Assembly: GCA_964525635.1 (NCBI GenBank)
Contig: CAZGJX010000055.1
Location: forward strand, 1-26,406
Direction: 5' to 3'
Length of the DNA stretch: 26,406 nucleotides
Source of the DNA: an uncultured archaeon
Lineage (GTDB): Archaea; Asgardarchaeota; Lokiarchaeia; Sigyniarchaeales; SOKP01
Part shown: positions 1 through 7,396 of the stretch, one piece after another
How positions within the stretch are numbered: position 1 is the first letter of the stretch
How the letters are laid out: each line of letters begins with the position of its first letter
The notes under the pieces: generated by a model
The model's database searches: none
Told to the model about the DNA's origin: nothing
Seen by the model: the letters and a program-made list of their open reading frames with translations, nothing else
Program-made: the position numbers and the translations under genes

Positions 1-97
1 GAGGAATCACAATCTTTTTATAAAATGCTTGGTCTATATTTAATTGGGAAAAAGAAGAAAACGGATCATTCAGTAAATAGTTTCTATATAATGACAT
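1..97 (-). CDS. 5' part of a gene running off the left edge (MSLYRNYLLNDPFSSFSQLNIDQAFYKKIVIP...), product unknown
   Basis: Manual translation: ATG at 97-95 and an open frame to position 1. An AT-rich intergenic region lies upstream. Not in the ORF track. Confidence 0.55.
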   Translation of the reverse strand, partial: MSLYRNYLLNDPFSSFSQLNIDQAFYKKIVIP

Positions 98-151
98 ATA
101 TAATATTATCTTCTTTTTCCTTTAATAATTTATTAAAAGAAACCATGAAAT

Positions 152-172
152 AACCGATTATTTCTGTCGGTT
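152..172. promoter_or_regulatory. Inverted repeat AACCGA-N9-TCGGTT, candidate operator
   Basis: Perfect 6-bp arms that are GC-richer than the surroundings, 55-75 nt upstream of the ATG at 97. Confidence 0.35.
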
Positions 173-327
173 GTGATTAAGTACTGATATTTAATAAATA
201 TTCTTTAAGAATTAATATAGGAATAGCTAAAAGGAAAATAATTTTTAAAAAACAGAATTAAACAAGATAATTAGCCAATAATAATAAATATATTAAAATG
301 GAAGTAATTTTAAAACTTTTTATTAAA

Positions 328-1047
328 TTATTTTATTTCATTTAAAAATTTCTCAATTTCATTTTTTGAAGCGATTGTAAATTGTTTATTTTCAGACCTA
401 ATATAAGCAAGTCGTATATTTTCTTTTGTTGATTCTTCATCATTTGCTTCCTTCACTGCATTTAAAGTTAAATGAATTAAATCATTAAATTGTAGGTCTT
501 CATTATAATGAGTTCTTAGATACTCTCTAGCAGTAGCCTCTCCGTTTCCCAATGCATATGCTTTAAATGAACGATAAATACCGCTTGGTGATGTTGTATA
601 AATTTGAGGTCCTGTTGAATCAATTCCTATAAAAAATAAAGCACACCCCCAAGGTCTTATCCCGCCATATTGAGTATATTGTTGCATAACATCAGCAATT
701 GTCTTTACTAACATATTAAGACGTACTGGCTCATCATATGTTAATCTAAAAGATTGAGCTTGTACTCGTGCATAATCTACTAAAACACGAGAATCCGCAT
801 GAAGACCTGATATTGCTACACCAATATGGCTATCAACTTGGAAGATTTTATCTATTTCATCTGCATTCATTAATTTTGAAGGTATTTTTATCTGAGCAGC
901 TAAACACACATCTTGCTTTGACTTTATAGCAACTGCTAATGTTCCTCGTCTAACTGCTTCTAATGCATATTCAACTTGGTATAAGCGACCCTCTGGGCTA
1001 AAAACCGTCAATGCCCTATCATATTTTACCTGTCCGCCACCAAACAT
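328..1047 (-). CDS. psmA: 20S proteasome alpha subunit
   Basis: N-terminal signature YDRALTVFSPEGRLYQVEYA, plus KIFQVDSHIGVAISGL, YTQYGGIRPWG and SPSG; 239 aa. Confidence 0.97.
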   Translation of the reverse strand: MFGGGQVKYDRALTVFSPEGRLYQVEYALEAVRRGTLAVAIKSKQDVCLAAQIKIPSKLMNADEIDKIFQVDSHIGVAISGLHADSRVLVDYARVQAQSFRLTYDEPVRLNMLVKTIADVMQQYTQYGGIRPWGCALFFIGIDSTGPQIYTTSPSGIYRSFKAYALGNGEATAREYLRTHYNEDLQFNDLIHLTLNAVKEANDEESTKENIRLAYIRSENKQFTIASKNEIEKFLNEIK

Positions 1048-1317
1048 AGTTTATTCAATTATTTATAATTGTATAATAGTTAAATATAATTTGATTATTA
1101 TAATCTAATATTATTTACAAATTTAATGTATAATTTTAACTTATTGTTTATATATTAATTATTTTGAAAAAATTATTATTGAACTTGGAGACCTTATATA
1201 TGGCTTTTATGAAAGGTTAAAACTTTTTTTTTCAAAATAAATAAGAAAGTTTTATAAAACTATAATGTTATTTGAAGATGAATTAAATACCTTACTTATA
1301 AGTAAATAAATAAGACT

Positions 1318-2208
1318 ATGAATGAAAAATCATTATTACATTCTTTAATAGAAAATCCACATGAAATTGCTAATCTAAGTTATTCTGAAATATCAAAGAT
1401 TTTACAGAAAACAAAGGATATTTTAGAGAGAGAAAATCTATTATTAGAAATAAATGTATCAGATCCTGACAATGAAGTTTATGTGATTGGTGATATTCAT
1501 GGAAATTTACAATCTTTATTAAAAATCTATGATTTAATTAAAGAAAACAAACCACACTACATAATATTTCTAGGAGACCTTGTTGATCGTGGTCCACATC
1601 AATTAGAATGTTTAATTACCATACTTTGTTTGAAAATCATAGAGCCATATCGTTTTTATATTCTAAGGGGAAATCATGAAACTCTTGAAATGAATAAAGC
1701 TTATGGTTTTTTTTATGAATTTATTCAGAAATTTCAGGATGTTGAAAAAATAACTGAAATTTTATCAGTTTATGATCTACTTCCAATATGTTCAAAAATT
1801 AATGATAAAATACTATGCTTACATGGTGGTATCCCTTTAGAAATAAATGTCATAAATGAGTTTAAGGATGTAAAAACTATAAATAAAAATGACTCTATAG
1901 GGATTTCATTATATCAAATTATGTGGAACGATCCAAAAGAAGAAATTGAGGGATTCAAGCAAAGTTTTAGAGGACCAGGTATTTTTTTTTTTGGAGAAGA
2001 CGTTTTTAATAATTTTCTAACTAAAAATAAACTTAAATATGTAATACGCTCTCACGAAAGTTTTCCTGAAGGATATAAATGGTTTTTTAATAATCGTTTA
2101 TTATCGATATTCTCTTCTGAAAATTATAGAGGTAAGGATTTTCCTAGTCCTGCATCTTATGCAATTATTAAAAATAATAAAGTAATCGCAAAAATTTTAA
2201 ATACTTAG
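1318..2208 (+). CDS. PPP-family Ser/Thr protein phosphatase (PP1/PP2A-like metallophosphoesterase)
   Basis: Full motif set: GDIHG, GDLVDRG, RGNHE, HGG, WNDP, RG, IRSHE, and SIFSSENY (corresponding to eukaryotic SAPNY). Confidence 0.95.
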   Translation: MNEKSLLHSLIENPHEIANLSYSEISKILQKTKDILERENLLLEINVSDPDNEVYVIGDIHGNLQSLLKIYDLIKENKPHYIIFLGDLVDRGPHQLECLITILCLKIIEPYRFYILRGNHETLEMNKAYGFFYEFIQKFQDVEKITEILSVYDLLPICSKINDKILCLHGGIPLEINVINEFKDVKTINKNDSIGISLYQIMWNDPKEEIEGFKQSFRGPGIFFFGEDVFNNFLTKNKLKYVIRSHESFPEGYKWFFNNRLLSIFSSENYRGKDFPSPASYAIIKNNKVIAKILNT

Positions 2209-2448
2209 AATATAATTATTTGGAAACATGCTTAAGTAATGTTTATTTTAATCTAATTAATAATATTAAACCCTTTCTATTATTATTTTTTTTAACTGAA
2301 ATATTAATGAAAATACTTACATTATTTAAATCCTTAATAATCAAAAAATAACATCCTTGATATAGAAAATGAAATTAAAAATGCCAATTATAGAGTACTT
2401 ACAATATAATAATAACAGATTTACTCGATTATTTGGTAAATAAAATTT

Positions 2449-2994
2449 TCAAATCTTATTAAACTCCTTTAAAATGGAAAGAGTTAGGTCTGTAAAAATA
2501 TCTTCAACATATCTTCCATCTTTTGCACTAGTTTCATAATAAGAAATAGATTCCAACTCACTTTTTAATGATTCTCCGTCTTGTTTTCCAATCTCTCTAT
2601 GGTTCTCATCTGCCAGATCTAATTTATTTCCTACAATTACACTTGACTTCCTACCAATTACCTTTTCTACTTCATCTTGCCAATTAGGCATACTCGCAAA
2701 TGAACTCCTTCTTGTTAAATCATACACGTAAATTATACCTGTCGCGCCTCTGTAGAACGGGGGACGCACGAAGCTGAAGTGCTTCTGCCCAGCTAAATCC
2801 CAGAGCTGTAGTTTAATCTCATAATTAGGATAATTAGGTAATACTACACTTTTAGTAGAGAAATTCGATCCAATTGTCATTATATAGTTATCTTTAAAAG
2901 AATCCTCACAATATCTTAGAACTAGTGATGTCTTACCAACGCCGCCATCTCCCACAATACAAATTTTGTAAATAAAAGATTTTTTATCTGACAT
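2449..2994 (-). CDS. Rab-like small GTPase (Ras superfamily), no prenylation motif
   Basis: G1 GDGGVGKT, G2 TIG, G3 WDLAGQ, G4 NKLD, G5 ETSAK. RabF-like segments KLQLW, FYRGA and VYDLT. Ends KEFNKI with no C-terminal Cys. Confidence 0.95.
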   Translation of the reverse strand: MSDKKSFIYKICIVGDGGVGKTSLVLRYCEDSFKDNYIMTIGSNFSTKSVVLPNYPNYEIKLQLWDLAGQKHFSFVRPPFYRGATGIIYVYDLTRRSSFASMPNWQDEVEKVIGRKSSVIVGNKLDLADENHREIGKQDGESLKSELESISYYETSAKDGRYVEDIFTDLTLSILKEFNKI

Positions 2995-3465
2995 TATAAA
3001 TTCAGCTATTATAATAGTGCAAAATTCATTTTAATTATAATATATATTATCCAAATTAAAGTTTAATGAAATAATATTGCAAATATATAATGATAAAGAT
3101 ATTATTATTATTTAACTATGAACATAAAATAAAATTTTTAAATAAAAATAAATTGAAAATATTTTTTATATGCTTTTTCTTTTATCTTTTGGTTATCTTA
3201 AATGAATTAATTTAATAACAGGAATTAATGAAATAAAAGTAAAAATTAAGTTTAGATAGAATTATCGAATTTTTTAATTCCAAGAAGATTATTGAATTAT
3301 GATTATAAAAATATAAGAAGATTGAGCTAAATAAATATATCAAAGTTGAGTAAATGGTTATAAAATTTATTTTCATCTATTTTTACTTTTAATCATCTCT
3401 CTCTCCCTCTAAGAACTTAATATTCCTTTAAAAAGAAGAATATTACGTAATTAATCCACATATAT

Positions 3466-3485
3466 CTATCAAACCGTTTAGATAG
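3466..3485. promoter_or_regulatory. Imperfect inverted repeat CTATC-AAAC-C-GTTT-A-GATAG upstream of the RadA-like gene
   Basis: Seen directly, about 60-80 nt upstream of the likely ATG at 3547. Confidence 0.3.
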
Positions 3486-3546
3486 GGGATTTCAGAAAAT
3501 TGTCGGCGTAATGCATTTTTATTTTTATTTTATATTAAATCATATA

Positions 3547-4302
3547 ATGGTGTTTAACTCAGGATTTGTGGTACATAAGAATAATGGTAATTATACTTCA
3601 ATTTCTACAGGAGATATTACATTAGATACTCTATTGAATGGGGGATATTCTACAAATCTAATTCATTTATTATATGGTGATGTAAGAAAAACAACAAACG
3701 TATTAATGACTACTTCTGTTATCGTTCAAGAAGCTTTTTTATATGGAGGATTAGGAGATGGGATTAGAGTTGCTTTTGTTGATGGAAACAATCGGTTTAA
3801 TCCTTATAATATAAGCAAATTTGCAATTTCAAAAAAAATGTCTCCTAGAAAAGTTTTAGAGAATATAATTATTGCTCGTGCATTTACTTGGGATCAAATG
3901 GTTGAAATTTTGGAAAATCAACTTACTAAACTTGAAGATGTAAAAGTTGTTTTGATTTCTGGCATTACTAATCTACTTCAAAGTTATGAAAAGCATACGT
4001 TTGAGGATTTATTGAGAATAGTGAGTGGGATTAAAAAGATCCTTTCAAAAACTAATCCATTAATTGTAATAACTGCACCACTTCACAAAAATTCATTTTT
4101 CAGACCAAAAGGAGGAAAAATTCTTTCACACTTTGGAAATGTTTTAGTGTTGATAAATGATGAAGAACGTTATGTGGAATATAAACTCATACAACATCCA
4201 TTTCTTCCAGAAAATCGTGTTCTAAAATGGAAACCTCGTAAACCTAAGAGAAATCTAGCAAATCTCTCCAAAAATACCTCTTTAGACAACTGGATAGTAT
4301 AG
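3547..4302 (+). CDS. PolB2-associated RadA/RecA-fold protein with degenerate Walker motifs and a C-terminal PIP-like motif
   Basis: RadA-like segments ISTGDITLDTLLNGG, AFVDGNNRFNP and LENIIIARAFT. Walker A is reduced to YGDVRKTT and Walker B reads VVLISG (no Asp). C-terminus is NTSLDNWIV. ATG 3547 is preferred over 3511 because the extra 12 codons are low-complexity AT-rich sequence. Confidence 0.85.
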   Translation: MVFNSGFVVHKNNGNYTSISTGDITLDTLLNGGYSTNLIHLLYGDVRKTTNVLMTTSVIVQEAFLYGGLGDGIRVAFVDGNNRFNPYNISKFAISKKMSPRKVLENIIIARAFTWDQMVEILENQLTKLEDVKVVLISGITNLLQSYEKHTFEDLLRIVSGIKKILSKTNPLIVITAPLHKNSFFRPKGGKILSHFGNVLVLINDEERYVEYKLIQHPFLPENRVLKWKPRKPKRNLANLSKNTSLDNWIV

Positions 4303-4306
4303 GATT

Positions 4307-6712
4307 TTATTGATTACTAAAACTCATTAAATCTTTTTGTATAGATTTTTGATTAAAAACCACTTTCGAGAACTCTTCAAGATCAGGAAATTCAAAAGGA
4401 AAGATATTTTTAAAGGATCTTTTTAATAGTTCGACATATTTTTTTTTATCATATTGATGTTTTTTTTCATCATACAAATCTGAAAGAATTACTTTTTTTT
4501 CTGGAAAATTAGGATCTGCTTCTGCATTAAGAATGATATACCTTACGTTTTTTCCTGCTGAAGCTACTATTCCTGATCGTTCCAATTGCTTTGCTGCAAC
4601 TGCCTGATATGAATTTACTTTATACTCAGAGGGTTTTCGCGAGATTTTTTGTTTTATTGTAAGCTCATCTTTTGATACTTTCCCTGAAAGAATTCTATTT
4701 ACATATTCAAAAAGCTTTTCTTTTGCTGTAGGAATTTTTTTCTTGAATTCTGTAACAGAAGTAACATCTTGAAAGAGATTTAGAAAGGCATATTGCGCAT
4801 CTTTAATTATCTTTGGTATATCTCTACGTCTTACTTCAATTCCCCGTACTTTAAGTTCACCGTTGTTTTTAATTCCCCAATAATGGCTGAGTGCTGGTAT
4901 ACTTGGTTCGGCTCGAGAAGGAAGAAATGTAATTATATTATATCTTCCTTCCCAATTCATAGGGATATGTGTATGTTTAGTTATTTCATTTGCAATTTTC
5001 ATTGTTACCTTTTCAAATTCTTTTGGAGTGCGATTCTTTTTATCTTTTAGCCAAATTGAATCAACAATGCCATGAATAATTTGACATCCGTATTTTTCTG
5101 CAATCTCCGCAGCACGAAGTAAAAATTCTCGTGCAAATGCACAGACGGTTTGATGAGCCTCAATCTTTCCAAATCGAGCATTTTTAAATCCTAAATATCC
5201 AAAACTTACAACAAGTACCCATTTTAGGGCAATGTCCGTGAATTTATACCTCATATCATTATGTGTTTTGTTGTATTCTTTATATTTAAGGCGTTTCTCT
5301 AATGGTAATTTTATTGATTTAGAGATTATTCCTTGCCTTTTTGTACATATATGAAAATTCAATCCGGGTACTTTTATTCCTGTGCCATCATCCTTACAAC
5401 ATTGACAGTTAATAGTTTCAGAAGATATGTTATAATTTGCCATTAACGAGGGATACATAGAAGAAAAATCAAGTTCAACTACTTGATCAAATACTCCAAT
5501 AATTGGCTCAAAAATATGCCCTCCTCGATCACTATAAAGTAATTCCATACAACTTCTAAAATTTTCAGGACTCTTTTTAAAAGGTGGAATAAGATGATTA
5601 AGCTTATAAGCATTATAAAATTGGATTGATTGTAATGCTCCTCCTATTGTAACTCGAGACAATCTTTGTATTGGAACACGTGAAATACGTGCAACTTCTA
5701 TAACACCAGGAATATTACCTTCGCTGAAGTGTAAACTTGTATAAGAGGTAGTATCTAAATGAAACCTTCCTGTAAAATATACTTGTGTTTTTGAGCGCCG
5801 AAAAATTATCCCATATGACATATAATGCTCAGAATTACCTGATAGATTGAAGATACAATTTTTAAGTGGTATTTTATCTCTTGAAAAATACACATCCTTT
5901 GATACTTGATTTACTGATGCTCGTGCTGCTAAATATGGAAAAACAAATTCATCCCCATTTTGAGTAAGAATAATATCAGGATTAAGTTTTTCTATTACAA
6001 GACTTACCTTCTTTAATGTTTCAGCTTCATCTCCTTCATCAATAAGAAATGTTCTTTTCTTATATCCATCTGCCCGTGGTACGTTATTTTTATCATTATC
6101 AACCAGACTTACCTCAATATATTCAAGGATATCGTTATAATAAGGTCTAATTCCTTTGTATCGTATTTTAAGATTGAGCCAAACAGCTTTTAAAGGGGGA
6201 AGATTGTAGTATAACTTTTCATTGTTATCCTTTAATTCGAATGATATCAGTTTTAATATATTTTCTTTTTTTTTTTTATTTTCCTCAATCTTAACCTTAA
6301 AACTACAAAAAGACATTGGAAATAAATCGTTAACATATAAAAACATTTGAGAAATTGGAAGATCTGTGTTGTACAGCGTAAATAAATCAATTTTATTTAT
6401 TTCTGCTATTGTTTTTTTAAATAATGAAGGCTTAACTACTGAAACTCCAAATATTTTTGTTTTAAAACTATCTTCAAGTTTCACATATTTTTCACATATT
6501 CTTACTTTTTTCACATGAGGATGATTCTCAATAATAAGCTTTAATCTTTCAAGATCATTCTCTCTACCTTTTTTTGGAACAGCGAAAAACTCTGGATGGA
6601 AATTTTGAAGAATTTTTATATTTTTACCTTTATATTTTACCCAAAGAATGACTCCTTCATCATAAGTTGAAATATCTAGAAACCATCCATCAAATTGATT
6701 TTGAGAATGCAA
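4307..6712 (-). CDS. polB2: Family B DNA polymerase, PolB2 (Dpo2) group
   Basis: Motif A LDFSSMYPS; motif B variant KWVLVVSFGYLG; motif C variant HGIVDS (for YGDTDS); RGIEVRRRD; degenerate ExoII NGDEFVFPYL; C-terminal QKDLMSF. The TTG start directly abuts the upstream stop. Confidence 0.92.
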   Translation of the reverse strand: MHSQNQFDGWFLDISTYDEGVILWVKYKGKNIKILQNFHPEFFAVPKKGRENDLERLKLIIENHPHVKKVRICEKYVKLEDSFKTKIFGVSVVKPSLFKKTIAEINKIDLFTLYNTDLPISQMFLYVNDLFPMSFCSFKVKIEENKKKKENILKLISFELKDNNEKLYYNLPPLKAVWLNLKIRYKGIRPYYNDILEYIEVSLVDNDKNNVPRADGYKKRTFLIDEGDEAETLKKVSLVIEKLNPDIILTQNGDEFVFPYLAARASVNQVSKDVYFSRDKIPLKNCIFNLSGNSEHYMSYGIIFRRSKTQVYFTGRFHLDTTSYTSLHFSEGNIPGVIEVARISRVPIQRLSRVTIGGALQSIQFYNAYKLNHLIPPFKKSPENFRSCMELLYSDRGGHIFEPIIGVFDQVVELDFSSMYPSLMANYNISSETINCQCCKDDGTGIKVPGLNFHICTKRQGIISKSIKLPLEKRLKYKEYNKTHNDMRYKFTDIALKWVLVVSFGYLGFKNARFGKIEAHQTVCAFAREFLLRAAEIAEKYGCQIIHGIVDSIWLKDKKNRTPKEFEKVTMKIANEITKHTHIPMNWEGRYNIITFLPSRAEPSIPALSHYWGIKNNGELKVRGIEVRRRDIPKIIKDAQYAFLNLFQDVTSVTEFKKKIPTAKEKLFEYVNRILSGKVSKDELTIKQKISRKPSEYKVNSYQAVAAKQLERSGIVASAGKNVRYIILNAEADPNFPEKKVILSDLYDEKKHQYDKKKYVELLKRSFKNIFPFEFPDLEEFSKVVFNQKSIQKDLMSFSNQ

Positions 6713-6985
6713 TTATTTACCTTTTTTAATTATTTCTTCCAATTCTTTTACTTTTTTTTCCAAATTTAATATTTTTTTTTCTTGTTCAAGAGCAAAAGAT
6801 ATGAAAATGACTTCTGAAAGCATTGGGCGGGCACTTGCACTGCCAGCATCTGCATGAATTCGAGCAAAATTCATTATATTATTAAAGATTAGCTGGTCTT
6901 CAGGGCGAAGGGCTCGTTTAAAATCTTTCCAACTCTCAATTTCATGTTCTAAAGCAGGTCTAAAAGAGGGTACAGTTCTTCCCAT
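6713..6985 (-). CDS. Small helical PolB2-associated protein (arCOG07300-type), 90 aa
   Basis: MGRTVPSFR...WKDFKRALRPEDQ...AR.HA pattern recalled for the protein encoded next to archaeal PolB2. Coiled-coil-like C-terminus. Its TAA abuts the polB2 TTG. ATG 6985 is preferred over GTG 6991. Confidence 0.85.
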   Translation of the reverse strand: MGRTVPSFRPALEHEIESWKDFKRALRPEDQLIFNNIMNFARIHADAGSASARPMLSEVIFISFALEQEKKILNLEKKVKELEEIIKKGK

Positions 6986-7209
6986 ATTCACATCTAGTGA
7001 TTTAATCTTTAGAACAATAAAAAAAAAAATACTTTGATAATTTTCTGATTTGAATAGAATATTTGATCTATTGGATTTTTAGGAGTACAATCTCTATATT
7101 TCTCTTTTTTAATATTCTTATAAGTTTTATTATTAATATAATAAACAATATATATCAATAAATTAACACACTCTACCATAATATAAAAGTAGTTTACAAT
7201 TCTTAATAT

Positions 7210-7374
7210 ATGTCTAAAGCTGAGATATCATATTATGATTGGAAATTGAAATTCAAAAAAGATGTTAAAGAAAATAATAGTTATCATAATAATAATGAAT
7301 CTATTAATTCATTAGGTATTCCAGATAAAGAATTTAAAGAATATTTAAAAAATTGGAAGAAAAATAATTTATAA
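7210..7374 (+). CDS. Small hypothetical protein, 54 aa (MSKAEISYYDWKLKFKKDVKENNSYHNNNESINSLGIPDKEFKEYLKNWKKNNL)
   Basis: Manual translation from ATG 7210 to TAA 7372-7374. Charged, protein-like composition. Fills the gap and ends 22 nt before the convergent kinase stop. Confidence 0.55.
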   Translation: MSKAEISYYDWKLKFKKDVKENNSYHNNNESINSLGIPDKEFKEYLKNWKKNNL

Positions 7375-7396
7375 TTATCTTATTATTGAAAACAAT

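Noticed and set aside
3212-3376. 54-aa minus-strand hydrophobic ORF (MKINFITIYSTLIYLFSS...) in the GTPase/RadA-like intergenic region
   Set aside because: Composition (F/I/Y/N/S/L) is what AT-rich non-coding DNA yields by chance; no other support.
4793-5050. 85-aa plus-strand ORF
   Set aside because: Antisense shadow inside polB2 with no recognisable motifs.
4307-6712. PolB as a casposon, viral or protein-primed polymerase, or as a pseudogene
   Set aside because: No cas1, capsid or integrase genes or terminal inverted repeats nearby. The motif variants are those of cellular PolB2, and the ORF is intact.
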